DNA of 64,000 bases from Kiritimatiellia bacterium (lineage in GTDB: Bacteria; Verrucomicrobiota; Kiritimatiellia; RFP12; UBA1067), in contig JAGCAM010000085.1 of assembly GCA_017652705.1 (NCBI GenBank), positions 585 to 64,584 on the forward strand. The letters run 5' to 3'. A program made the translations under genes and the position numbers. The notes below the pieces were generated by a model. It made no database searches. It saw only the letters and a program-made list of their open reading frames with translations, and had not been told where the DNA came from. Of this stretch, positions 8,777 through 17,277 are shown piece after piece. Position 1 is the stretch's first letter. Each line of letters opens with the position of its first letter.

Positions 8777-11340
8777 TGCCGTTTCTTTTCTTCGGTCTCG
8801 AACTCGGGCCGCTTGCCCTTGTACCACCAGAACATGATCGGCGTCGCGATGAAGACCGACGAGAACGTGCCCGACACCACGCCGATCAGCATGATCAGCG
8901 CGAAGTCGAATATCGAACCGTCGCCGAACGCGAACAGCGCCAGCACCGCGAAGAAGGTCGTCACCGACGTGATCACCGTGCGCGAAAGGCACGCGTTGAC
9001 CGCCGCGTTGCAGAGATCGTAGAACGTCAGCCGCTTGTCGTGGCGCAGCATCTCGCGGATCCGGTCGAACACAACGACGGTGTCGTTGACCGAGTAGCCG
9101 ATGATCGTCAGCAGCGCCGTGATCACGATGAGCGACACCTGCCTGCCGCAGAGCGAAAACAGCCCCAGCGACATGAGCGCGTCGTGCGCCAGCGCCACGA
9201 TCGCCCCCAGCCCGAAACCGAACTGGAACCGGAACCCGACGTACGCGAGAATCGCCACGAGCGAGAACAGCACCGCGTACGTGCCCGACCGCTTCAGGTC
9301 CGCGCCTACCATCGAGCCGACCTCCTCGACCGACGCCGAGGTGAACCCCGCCTCGGGGAACTTATCCTGCAGCAGTTTCGTCACGTGCGCGCCGACGTCC
9401 TTGTCTTTCAGCGCCGAGCCCTTCTTCGTCTCGGCGGTCTCGCCGGTCTTCACCAGCAGCGTCGAATCGCCGACACCCTCCTGATACTGGATGACCGCCG
9501 CGTTGTCGAAGCCGTCCAGCGCCTTGCGGATGTCGGTCATCGCGGGTTTCGCGTCCTGCTTGAAGTTGTAGACGATCGAGGTGCCGCCCGTCAGGTCGAC
9601 CGAAAGCACCGACGCGCGGTTGTTCACGAACCGCACCGCGAAAACCGCGAGCGACAGCGCGATGACCGCGAACGACCAGCCGACGGTGTACTTCGTGGCC
9701 TTCATGAAGTCGTACTTCGGATTCTTGAAGACCTGCATCATCTTGAAGGGTTTCGCGCGCCCGGGGTCGACGCAGTGGTCGAAGACGAGCCGCGTCACCA
9801 CCACCGCGGTGAACATCGAAATCACGACGCCCGCCGTCAGCATGATCGCGAAGCCGCGCACCGGCCCGGTGCCCACGATGAAAAGGATGACGCCGGTTAT
9901 GATCGTCGTCAGGTTGGAGTCGAAAATCGCCGTGAACGCGCGCCCGTAGCCGTTGTACACCGCCTCGCCGGCCGTCCTGCCGGCGGCGAACTCTTCGCGG
10001 ATGCGCTCGAAAATCAGCACGTTCGCGTCCACCGCCATGCCGAGCGACAGCACGAGACCCGCGATGCCGGGCATCGTCAGCACCGGCAGTTGCATCGAGC
10101 CCCCGCCGCCCATCGAAGGATCGTGCGCGAAAACCCCCAGGAAGTTCGCCACGAACACGAGCGCCGTCGGCAGCAGCGCGATGTCGAGAAACAGCGCGAT
10201 GTCCGCCACGAGACCGGAACGCCAGTAATAAATGAACATGAACACCGCGATGAGGGCGAACCCGAGAACCGCCGCCGTCTTGCCCGCCGCGATCGCGTCT
10301 TCGCCGACCGTCGGCGCCACCGAAGTCTCCGCGAGAACCTTCATCGGCGCCGGCAGCGCGCCCGCGTTCAGCTCGTCTGCCAGCTTCTTGGCGCTTCTCG
10401 CGTCGAAGCGCCCCGTAATCTGGCCGGACGTGCCGATTTCGCTCTGGATGACCGGCGCGGATATGAGCTGGTCGTCGAGGATGATCGCCAGCTGGCGGCC
10501 GCGGTCGCTCGGGTTTTTGGGCCCGTGCGCCTTGTAGTTGCGCGTGAGCGTCGAAAACTTGCGCCCGCCCTCGGCCGACATCCTGAAACCGATCGAAAGA
10601 CCGCCCGACGTCTGGTCGCGCTCGACCATCGCCGAAACGAGATCTTCGCCCGTCACGCGCGGCTCCGTCGAACGCGCCACGAAATTCGGCGAATACGTGC
10701 CGTCCCCGTTGTCTTCAAGCATGAAACTGTAACGGGCGTCGGGCGTCTCGAACCGCGCCAGCCTCGCCGCGTACCCCTTGTTGGTGGACACATCCGCCCA
10801 GTTCTCCGCCCGCGCGTAGCCGTTGCCGCTCTTCTTGTAGCCCTCCGGCGCGATTTCCTTCGACAGCAGCTTCGCCACAAGCTGGTCGTTCTTCGGGTGC
10901 GTCAGCCGGAATTCAAGAAACGCCGCGTGCTGCAGCGACGCCTTAGCCTCCTTGCGCGTGCGCTCGTCGGCGCCGGGCAGCTGCACCAGCAGCCGGTGCC
11001 CCTTGCCCTTCATCCCCTGGATCACCGGCTCGTTGGTGCCCATCGCGTCGACACGCCGCCGGATAACCTGGATGATGCGGTCGTCGCAGCCCGCGAGAGT
11101 CTCCTCCATCTTCTTCTCGACCGCCCCGACCGTGTTGGTCAGACCGGGATTCGACGCGATTATCGACTCGCGCAGCTTATCTTCGTCCACCCCGAGGGTG
11201 AACGACGTGCCGCCGTTCAAATCCAGCCCAAGACGGATCTTCTCCGACGGCGGATTGCACACGTAGAATGATATGACGGCGATGAGCGCCAGAACCAACC
11301 ATTTCCACAAATTGTTGCGGCCAACAGAATCTTTAGACAT
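8773..11340 (-). CDS. secDF: protein translocase subunit SecDF (fused)
   Basis: 855 aa with two 6-TM blocks and a large periplasmic domain. SecD- and SecF-like TM motifs are present (LDLNGGTSF, GIAGLVLSLGMAVDANVLIFERIREE, YSVNDTVVVFDRIRE). Confidence 0.95.
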   Translation of the reverse strand: MSKDSVGRNNLWKWLVLALIAVISFYVCNPPSEKIRLGLDLNGGTSFTLGVDEDKLRESIIASNPGLTNTVGAVEKKMEETLAGCDDRIIQVIRRRVDAMGTNEPVIQGMKGKGHRLLVQLPGADERTRKEAKASLQHAAFLEFRLTHPKNDQLVAKLLSKEIAPEGYKKSGNGYARAENWADVSTNKGYAARLARFETPDARYSFMLEDNGDGTYSPNFVARSTEPRVTGEDLVSAMVERDQTSGGLSIGFRMSAEGGRKFSTLTRNYKAHGPKNPSDRGRQLAIILDDQLISAPVIQSEIGTSGQITGRFDARSAKKLADELNAGALPAPMKVLAETSVAPTVGEDAIAAGKTAAVLGFALIAVFMFIYYWRSGLVADIALFLDIALLPTALVFVANFLGVFAHDPSMGGGGSMQLPVLTMPGIAGLVLSLGMAVDANVLIFERIREEFAAGRTAGEAVYNGYGRAFTAIFDSNLTTIITGVILFIVGTGPVRGFAIMLTAGVVISMFTAVVVTRLVFDHCVDPGRAKPFKMMQVFKNPKYDFMKATKYTVGWSFAVIALSLAVFAVRFVNNRASVLSVDLTGGTSIVYNFKQDAKPAMTDIRKALDGFDNAAVIQYQEGVGDSTLLVKTGETAETKKGSALKDKDVGAHVTKLLQDKFPEAGFTSASVEEVGSMVGADLKRSGTYAVLFSLVAILAYVGFRFQFGFGLGAIVALAHDALMSLGLFSLCGRQVSLIVITALLTIIGYSVNDTVVVFDRIREMLRHDKRLTFYDLCNAAVNACLSRTVITSVTTFFAVLALFAFGDGSIFDFALIMLIGVVSGTFSSVFIATPIMFWWYKGKRPEFETEEKKRQ

Positions 11341-11373
11341 TTTTGCTTTTTTCCTCTTTTGACGTGTTTGGGA

Positions 11374-11382
11374 ATTATATCA
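11374..11382 (-). promoter_or_regulatory. extended -10 box TGATATAAT upstream of secDF
   Basis: The minus strand reads TTGATT-N18-(TGA)TATAAT about 30 nt before the secDF ATG. It belongs to the recurrent aATATGATATAAT box family. Confidence 0.5.
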
Positions 11383-11583
11383 TATTGCTATTCGGTAAAT
11401 CAAGGGGTCGCCGCTGTAAGCCATGTCGCATCCGACGGCGGATTGGCGCGAGGAACATCCGCGTCTGCCGCAGCGGCGGGAATCGCCGCGGCGCACATGA
11501 TGCGTGTGGCAACGATGACGGGTAATTCCAGTTTCATAAATCTCTCGGGCAGCATGCCATTTTCACCGCGTTTCGCCAGACGT

Positions 11584-12693
11584 TCAGCGGGATTCGCCCG
11601 ACTCGGAGAGTTTTTCCGCGCGGGCGAGCACTTTTTTCGCGATGTCGAGCCGGCCGATTTTCTTCAGGCAGACCCCGAAATTGTGCACCGCCGACGCGTC
11701 TCGCGGGTTTATCAGCACCATCGTCTCGTAGCACTTCATCGCCTGCAGCACCTTGCCCAGGGCCAGAAAACCCTTCGCGTTGCGCTCCAGTCTTTCTATG
11801 CGCTCCAGCAGGAAAAGGTCATCGGGGTTGCGCAGCGCCGCGCGATGCCACTTCTCGGTCGCTTTTTCCTCCCCTTTTCTGTCCTTCGCCGCCGCCGCGT
11901 CCATCGCACCCTCCACCACCAGCCGACGCACGATCTGCATCGACCGTATTTCGTCCGTCATCATCTTGGCGATGTCGGCGTCGGTGCCTTCGGTCGAAAT
12001 CCAGTCGAGACGCGGAATCTCCTTCGTCAGAAAGTGTTCGGGCCGCACCCGGTCGGGGCGTTTGCGGTTGATGAAGGCGGGCATCACCTCCTCGATCGTT
12101 CCGGCGTAGGCGGCGAACAGCCCCGGCAGCGTGCCGCACCGCATTTCGCCGATCTGCTCGAACGCCTCCTCCCTGGAGAAGAGTTCCGCCATGTCGTCGA
12201 GTTTCAGCCGCCGGAATTCGCGGCTTCCCGTCGCCAGCCACTGGTTTTCGCCGGCCATCCAGAAGTGAACCTGGGGCAGGTCGAACCTGAGCAGCCGGTC
12301 ATAGAACTCGCCGGCTGTGAGGTTGCGCGCGTCGATGAACCAGGCGATGACGCCCTTCTCCGCGAGCATCGCCGAAAATTCCTTCAACTCCTCCGGTGTG
12401 ACGGCGTCGCAGGCGACGACGATGAGATCGAATTTCCCGGCGCCGCCTGGTTCGGTGAACGCCGCGACGCCGGCGTTTTCGAATATCCCGCGGCATTTCA
12501 CCGCCGCGCCGCCCACGAGCAGCGCCCGCGCCGCGCCGGGGTTCTCCAGCATCGCCAGATAGCAGCGGTTGATTATCACCGGTCTGAAGGTGTATTCCTC
12601 CTGCGGTGCGCCGTCGCCGCCGCTTTTCGAGCATCCGACCGCCGCCAGCAGCGCCGCCGCGACAATCCAACGGCTGCTTTTCAGTCCGTTCAT
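11584..12693 (-). CDS. lipoprotein with C-terminal TPR repeats
   Basis: Lipobox LAAVGC follows the signal peptide. The C-terminal ALGKVLQAMKCYETMVLINPRDASAVHNFGVCLKKIGRLDIAKKVLARA is TPR-like. The N-terminal half vaguely resembles a Rossmann/spermidine-synthase-like fold, which is unverified. Confidence 0.7.
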   Translation of the reverse strand: MNGLKSSRWIVAAALLAAVGCSKSGGDGAPQEEYTFRPVIINRCYLAMLENPGAARALLVGGAAVKCRGIFENAGVAAFTEPGGAGKFDLIVVACDAVTPEELKEFSAMLAEKGVIAWFIDARNLTAGEFYDRLLRFDLPQVHFWMAGENQWLATGSREFRRLKLDDMAELFSREEAFEQIGEMRCGTLPGLFAAYAGTIEEVMPAFINRKRPDRVRPEHFLTKEIPRLDWISTEGTDADIAKMMTDEIRSMQIVRRLVVEGAMDAAAAKDRKGEEKATEKWHRAALRNPDDLFLLERIERLERNAKGFLALGKVLQAMKCYETMVLINPRDASAVHNFGVCLKKIGRLDIAKKVLARAEKLSESGESR

Positions 12694-12819
12694 TCCGCCA
12701 CCTGTCTATGTTAGGCAACTACAGTGTTTTTGCGTTGCAACACAACCACCCTTTTCTTGCTCATGTCCGAACCCGCGGCAAAGCGGACCTCCCGCGTCAC
12801 CGTAGGAACGGTTTAGGAA

Positions 12820-12828
12820 ATACTACCA
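12820..12828 (-). promoter_or_regulatory. candidate extended -10 (TGGTAGTAT) for the TPR lipoprotein gene
   Basis: The minus strand reads TTTGGTAGTATTTCC about 125 nt upstream of ATG 12693. Pattern match only. Confidence 0.3.
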
Positions 12829-13066
12829 AATCCTTCGGCATATTGCAACCTACCCGGGCCCGGCGCAGAGATTCCAAATCATCTTCCCGTCCCTACAGCC
12901 AGGAGCCCTTGCCGCGGCGAGAGGCAGCGACGCGGCGCATGGCCGAAATCGGGGTGATGATCTTCGCCTCGAGGACGAACCTCAATTCCCGGTTGCCGCC
13001 GCGTTTGCCGCTATTCGCCGGCAAAGGCGCCCTGCAGGTGGCGGACAGCGCCGCGCATAGTCCGCC

Positions 13067-14176
13067 CTACAGCCGCGACTTGAAATCATCGTAGCCGAAG
13101 CGTTTTAAGACCTTTACTGATCCCAGGCGAGTTCGGAGCGCGATGGACGGCAGCGGCATGCCGTTGAATGTGTTGTTCTTCACCATCGTGTAGATCGCCA
13201 TGTCCTCGAAGACGAGTTCGTCCCCGACCTTGAGCTGACGCGCGAACGAATAGTCTCCGATTACGTCCCCCGCGAGGCAGGTCGGTCCACCAAGCCGGTA
13301 GGTGTACTTCTTCTCGCCCGGCTGGCCCGATCCCCTGAGCGGCGGACGGTACGGCATTTCGATAACATCCGGCATGTGGCACTCCGCCGATGCATCGAGA
13401 ATCGCAATCGGCATTCCGTAGTCGACGATCTCCCGCACCGTCGTCACCAGCGTCCCCGCATTTAGCGCAATCGCCTCGCCGGGCTCGAGATACACCTCAA
13501 GGTTGGGATGACGCCGACGGAAGTCCTTTAGCGTCTTCACCAGCAATTTGACGTCGTATCCCTTGCGGGTGATGTGGTGTCCGCCCCCGAAGTTCACCCA
13601 CTTCATCTGCGGCAGGAACTCGCCGAACTTCGCCTCGAACACTTCGAGCGTCCGCGCCAGCACGTCCGCACCCTGCTCGCACATGGTGTGGAAATGCAAT
13701 CCCTCCACGCCGCGCAAGTCGTCCGCCTTGAGGAATTCCCGCGGCACTCCCAACCGGGAGCCAGGCGCACACGGATTGTAGATGTCGTGCTCGATCTCGC
13801 TGTAGCCGGGATTCACCCGCAGTCCGAGGCTCGCCTTGCCACGGCAGACGCGCCGCGCAAGCGCGAGCTGCGGCAGCGAATTGAGGACGATGTGATCCGA
13901 ATACTTGAGGACTTCCCGCAGTTCCGACACCGTAAAGGCCGGATTGAACACATGGTTCTCCCGACCTGGCATCTCCTCCGCCGCGAGCCGCGCCTCGTAG
14001 ACGCCGCTGGCGGTGGTGCCGTCAAGGTGCTTGGCGACAAGCGGATAGGTCGCGTAGCACGAAAACGCCTTCTGCGCAAGGAGAATCTTCACCCCCGCGC
14101 GGCTGCGCACCGAGGCGAGCAGCTCGAGGTTGCGCCCGAGCAACGCCTCGTCGATCACGTAGTACGGGGTCTTCAC
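13067..14176 (-). CDS. nspC: carboxynorspermidine/carboxyspermidine decarboxylase
   Basis: VKTPYYVIDEALL...HFHTMCEQ...NFGGGHHIT...GGPTCLAGDVIGDY has typical CANSDC (alanine racemase-fold PLP decarboxylase) features. GTG start 14176 overlaps the upstream stop (GTGA). Confidence 0.9.
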   Translation of the reverse strand: MKTPYYVIDEALLGRNLELLASVRSRAGVKILLAQKAFSCYATYPLVAKHLDGTTASGVYEARLAAEEMPGRENHVFNPAFTVSELREVLKYSDHIVLNSLPQLALARRVCRGKASLGLRVNPGYSEIEHDIYNPCAPGSRLGVPREFLKADDLRGVEGLHFHTMCEQGADVLARTLEVFEAKFGEFLPQMKWVNFGGGHHITRKGYDVKLLVKTLKDFRRRHPNLEVYLEPGEAIALNAGTLVTTVREIVDYGMPIAILDASAECHMPDVIEMPYRPPLRGSGQPGEKKYTYRLGGPTCLAGDVIGDYSFARQLKVGDELVFEDMAIYTMVKNNTFNGMPLPSIALRTRLGSVKVLKRFGYDDFKSRL

Positions 14177-15516
14177 GGAACCTTCACCGGATCGAAGTTT
14201 TCCTTCCAGGGGAGTCCGCGGCGCTTCAGTTCCGCCATGAACGGATCGGGATCGAACTCCTCGCAGGTGTGGACGCCCTTCGCCGTCCACTTTCCGTCGA
14301 GGAACATCTTCGCGCCAATCATCGCGGGGACGCCGGTCGTGTAGCTGATCGCCTGCGAGCCGACTTCGCGGTAGCACTTCTGGTGGTCGCATACGTTGTA
14401 CACGTAGTAGTCCACCGTCTTTCCGTCCTTCTTGCCGTGGAAGATGCAGCCTATGTTCGTCTTGCCCTTGGTGCGCGGACCGAGCGACGCGGGATCGGGC
14501 AGCAGCGTCTTGAGGAATTCGATGGGGACGATCTTGTGCCCCTGGAAGTCGACGGGGTCGATACGCGTGAGCCCCACGTTCTCAAGGCACTTGAGGTGCG
14601 TGAGATAGCTCTGACCAAAGGTCATGAAGAAGCGGATGCGCTTGATGCCCTTCAAGTTGCAGCCGAGCGACTCGAGCTCCTCGTGATGGAGCAGGTACAT
14701 GTCCTTCTTGCCGACCTTGTCGAACACGTATTCGCGCTTGATGGCCATCGGGTCCGTCTCCACCCACCAGCCCTTGTCGAACGCTTTTTTGTATTTGACC
14801 TTCACGCCGTGGGCGTCCTTCGACTTCTTCCCCTTCTCGCTCGTCCAATACGAGCCCTTCGCGGCGACTTCGCGGAGGTTGATCTCGGGGTTGAAGTTCG
14901 TGGCGAAGGGATAGCCGTGGTCCCCGCCGTTACAGTCGAGGATGTCCAGCGTCTCAATGGTGTCGAAGTAGTGCTTCTGCGCGTAGGCGGAGAACACCTG
15001 GGTGACGCCGGGGTCGAATCCGCAGCCGAGGATCGCGGTGAGCCCTGCCTGCTCGAACTTCTTGCGGTACGCCCACTGCCACGAATACTCGAAGTGCGCC
15101 TCGTCCGGCGGCTCGTAATTCGCGGTGTCGAGGTAGCTTACGCCGGCCTCGAGGCAGGCGTCCATGATCGCGAGGTCCTGATAGGGCAGCGCGATGTTCA
15201 TCACCAGGTCAGGCTTGAACTTGCGGATGAGCGCCACGAGGCGCGGCGTATCCATCGCGTCGATCTGGGCGGTCGAAACACGGGTTGAGATGTTGCGGGG
15301 TTGAGATGTTGAGATACGTGTCGAGGCGTTGAGATGCTGAGAAATCGAGTTGGGGGAGTACCACGGGCGGGACATGATGTCCTTGCGGATGGCCTTGCAC
15401 TTTGATTCAGTGCGCGAGGCGATCAGCAGGTGCCCGAAGGTCTCCGGGTCCTGGCACATCTTCGCGGCGGCGACGCCGGCGACACCGCCGGCACCGATGA
15501 GGAGCACTCTGCTCAT
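14173..15516 (-). CDS. carboxynorspermidine/carboxyspermidine dehydrogenase (saccharopine dehydrogenase family), carrying a repeat-derived in-frame insert
   Basis: MSRVLLIGAGGVAGV Rossmann start, then YLDTANYEPPDEAHFEYSWQWAYRKKF, GCGFDPGVT and ISYTTGVPA. The SPNSISQHLNASTRISTSQPRNISTRVST segment is encoded by the CTCAAC repeat. Confidence 0.9.
   Translation of the reverse strand: MSRVLLIGAGGVAGVAAAKMCQDPETFGHLLIASRTESKCKAIRKDIMSRPWYSPNSISQHLNASTRISTSQPRNISTRVSTAQIDAMDTPRLVALIRKFKPDLVMNIALPYQDLAIMDACLEAGVSYLDTANYEPPDEAHFEYSWQWAYRKKFEQAGLTAILGCGFDPGVTQVFSAYAQKHYFDTIETLDILDCNGGDHGYPFATNFNPEINLREVAAKGSYWTSEKGKKSKDAHGVKVKYKKAFDKGWWVETDPMAIKREYVFDKVGKKDMYLLHHEELESLGCNLKGIKRIRFFMTFGQSYLTHLKCLENVGLTRIDPVDFQGHKIVPIEFLKTLLPDPASLGPRTKGKTNIGCIFHGKKDGKTVDYYVYNVCDHQKCYREVGSQAISYTTGVPAMIGAKMFLDGKWTAKGVHTCEEFDPDPFMAELKRRGLPWKENFDPVKVP
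15281..15357. repeat. GTTGAGATG short-repeat cluster (sense CTCAAC arm) inside the dehydrogenase CDS
   Basis: The plus strand reads GGGTTGAGATGTTGCGGGGTTGAGATGTTGAGATACGTGTCGAGGCGTTGAGATGCTGAGAAATCGAGTTGGGGG. Confidence 0.85.
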
Positions 15517-15539
15517 GGGCGTGAATCCTTTCTTTTGTT

Positions 15540-15588
15540 GTTGACAACGACCTGAATTCCGTACTCCACCCGGAGCAGTTCAAAGGCG
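15540..15588 (-). promoter_or_regulatory. conserved 5' leader element, copy A (upstream of the dehydrogenase gene)
   Basis: Sense CGCCTTTGAACTGCTCCGGGTGGAGTACGGAATTCAGGTCGTTGTCAAC begins a few nt after the TATAAT box. It is near-identical to copy B at 19916-19966. Confidence 0.55.
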
Positions 15589-15593
15589 AGTGT

Positions 15594-15602
15594 ATTATAT
15601 CA
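15594..15602 (-). promoter_or_regulatory. extended -10 box TGATATAAT for the dehydrogenase-nspC unit
   Basis: The minus strand reads AATTTGATATAATACAC about 80 nt upstream of ATG 15516. Confidence 0.5.
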
Positions 15603-15694
15603 AATTCTCGTCCCGCTCATCTGGGAACTCTGACGTTTCGCGTAATCTCGAAGGCGGGATTCTGCTGCCGTGTCATGCCTCGGCGACGGCGTTA

Positions 15695-16246
15695 TCATCG
15701 CGCCAGCTTCACTTTCAATATCCAGCCGCCGCCGCCGGGCTTGCGGCCGGCCGGGTCGGGATGCGTCCAGTGGACAACACCGCCGCGCTCGTTGTCGATG
15801 TACTCGCCTCTGAAGATCACCTCGTCGCCCTGCTTCACGTCTTTGAGCCGCTCCCACTTGTCGATATTGTTGGCGATGAGAACCGTGCGTCCGGCCGGAT
15901 CGGCGACCAGGAGACGCTGGTGGCGCGGCGGATTGATGTCGTCCGGCAGCACCTTCTTGACAGTTCCCCGGCCCTCGATCCAGCTGCGGTTCTTAAAATC
16001 AGCGAAGAAGCACGGATCGGGAATCGTTGCCGTAATCTTCCTCACCCCGCGAACCACGGTGTTCGTTCTCGTTACCGGCGGCGTTCCCCGCACCGGTCTC
16101 CGGCCCGACAACCTCGCCGACGCGTCTTCACGTCCGCGCGCTTCCGTCGGATAGCCGTTGCGAAAGCTCCAATGATGCGTCACCGCGCCAATGCCCATCA
16201 CCAGCGCGAAAGCCGCCCACGCAAAAATCCAGGTCTTCGTTTTCAT
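15695..16246 (-). CDS. DUF3465-family membrane-anchored protein
   Basis: An N-terminal TM helix, then GTVKKVLPDD...HQRLLV...VLIANNID...GDEVIFRGEYIDNERGGVVHWTH. This matches the DUF3465 pattern as I recall it. Confidence 0.7.
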   Translation of the reverse strand: MKTKTWIFAWAAFALVMGIGAVTHHWSFRNGYPTEARGREDASARLSGRRPVRGTPPVTRTNTVVRGVRKITATIPDPCFFADFKNRSWIEGRGTVKKVLPDDINPPRHQRLLVADPAGRTVLIANNIDKWERLKDVKQGDEVIFRGEYIDNERGGVVHWTHPDPAGRKPGGGGWILKVKLAR

Positions 16247-16253
16247 GCCGTCT

Positions 16254-16262
16254 ATTATAGCA
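16254..16262 (-). promoter_or_regulatory. extended -10 box TGCTATAAT only 7 nt before the DUF3465 ATG (possible leaderless transcript)
   Basis: The minus strand reads TGAATTGACACGAACTGTGCTATAATAGACGGCATG within the 30-nt speB/DUF3465 gap. Confidence 0.35.
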
Positions 16263-16276
16263 CAGTTCGTGTCAAT

Positions 16277-17236
16277 TCATGCGGGCACCGATTTATCGCA
16301 CTGATCATTCTGAGGAAACCAACGTCCCGCCGCACCGGACAGGGCAAGGAGGCACTCGCGGAGGAACTTGCAGGCGAGGGCCGTGGAACGTCCCGATGGA
16401 TCGAGCGAGGGATTGAGTTCCACATTGTCGAGCGCGACCACATGGAAACGCGTGAGAATGTCCGTGATCGCGCAACGCAGTTCGTCGTAGTGCAGTCCGC
16501 CCGCCTCCTGGGTGCCCGTGCCCGGGAAGTCTGCGGGATCGAGCACGTCGAGGTCGATGGTGAGATAGACGGGGGTTGAGACGCTGAGCCGCTGAGGGGT
16601 TGAGACATCGCAACAACTCAACTTCTCAGCACTGTTCCAACTCAACTTCTCAACACCTTTACAAGTAAACTTCTCGGCAATCACATGCCCCGCCTTCATG
16701 AAGGCGAACTCTTCGCGGGTGCCGGAGCGGATTCCGAACTGGAAGATACGGCCGTCGCCGAGGAGGTCATAGCATCGCCGCATGACGGTGGCGTGCGAAA
16801 GCGTCTCGCCGAGGTATTCCTCTCGGAGGTCGGCGTGGGCGTCGAAGTGGATGATGCGCAGGCCGGGGAACCGCTTGAACGCGGCGCGGACCGCCCCGAG
16901 GGTGACGAGGTGCTCGCCGCCGAGCATGAACGGAATCTTGCCGTCGTCCAGTATCTCGCCTGCACGCGTCTCAATGGCCTCGAGCTGTCTCGCCGGAGAG
17001 CCGAACGGAAACTCCAAGTCTCCTGAATCGTAGAACGGGAAGTCTTCGAGGTCACGGTCTTGATACGGCGAGTACGTCTCGATGCCGTAGCTCTCGGCAC
17101 GAATCGCCGCAGGGCCGAACCGCGTTCCAGGACGGTAAGACGTCGTGGCATCCGCCCCCGCGCCGAACAGCACGACCTTCGCCCGATCATAGTCGTACGT
17201 CGCCCCGATAAAAACATTCCTGTTCGCTTTTTCCAT
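16277..17236 (-). CDS. speB: agmatinase-family ureohydrolase (agmatinase or aminopropylagmatine ureohydrolase) with palindromic repeat insert
   Basis: GGEHLVT, HFDAHADL and LTIDLDVLDPADFPGTGTQEAGG are arginase-fold Mn-binding motifs. ATG 17236 has AGGAG 5 nt upstream; an alternative GTG is at 17242. Confidence 0.9.
   Translation of the reverse strand: MEKANRNVFIGATYDYDRAKVVLFGAGADATTSYRPGTRFGPAAIRAESYGIETYSPYQDRDLEDFPFYDSGDLEFPFGSPARQLEAIETRAGEILDDGKIPFMLGGEHLVTLGAVRAAFKRFPGLRIIHFDAHADLREEYLGETLSHATVMRRCYDLLGDGRIFQFGIRSGTREEFAFMKAGHVIAEKFTCKGVEKLSWNSAEKLSCCDVSTPQRLSVSTPVYLTIDLDVLDPADFPGTGTQEAGGLHYDELRCAITDILTRFHVVALDNVELNPSLDPSGRSTALACKFLRECLLALSGAAGRWFPQNDQCDKSVPA
16570..16677. repeat. imperfect palindromic GTTGAG/CTCAAC element inserted in frame in speB
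   Basis: The plus strand reads GGGGGTTGAGACGCTGAGCCGCTGAGGGGTTGAGAC-atcgcaaca-ACTCAACTTCTCAGCACTGTTCCAACTCAACTTCTCAACACC. It encodes about 35 extra residues (AEKFTCKGVEKLSWNSAEKLSCCDVSTPQRLSVSTP) just before the conserved VYLTIDLDVLDP. Confidence 0.8.
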
Positions 17237-17239
17237 TTT

Positions 17240-17271
17240 CACTCCTCAGCCACTCAACGCCTCAACCTCTC
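17240..17271. repeat. CTCAAC repeat arm in the speE-speB spacer (sense GTTGAG; supplies the speB SD)
   Basis: Sense strand reads TGA-gatgacGAGAGGTTGAGGCGTTGAGTGGCTGAGGAGTGaaaATG. Confidence 0.8.
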
Positions 17272-17277
17272 GTCATC

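Noticed and set aside
9040-11271. 743-aa plus-strand ORF opposite secDF. Similar long ORFs lie opposite other genes: 282..1562, 4444..6120, 22448..24304, 24045..25523, 26397..27719, 27664..29031, 37345..39384, 42154..44556, 49418..51151, 53568..55073, 59830..61428 and others.
   Set aside because: All are antisense to genes with clear family motifs. They are extremely Arg/His/Pro/Asp-rich, have no recognisable motifs, and are the stop-poor shadow frames expected in high-GC DNA.
11410-11547. 45-codon minus-strand ORF (MKLELPVIVATRIMCAAAIPAAAADADV...) in the secDF/lipoprotein spacer
   Set aside because: It has weak GC3 bias, no SD and no recognisable features. It probably lies within 3'UTR/promoter DNA.
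12694-13066. Possible ncRNA in the 370-bp nspC/lipoprotein spacer (several short hairpins, e.g. TTTGCCG...CGGCAAA at about 13003-13027)
   Set aside because: There is no match to any RNA family signature I know. The hairpins are short. The region is adequately explained as 3' end plus promoter/5'UTR.
15540-15588. Known riboswitch (guanidine-I/II/III, which often precede agmatinase/urea-related genes) as the identity of the shared leader
   Set aside because: There are no ACGR tetraloop hairpin pairs, no ykkC-like conserved core and no ykkC-III consensus. The element is much shorter than guanidine-I.
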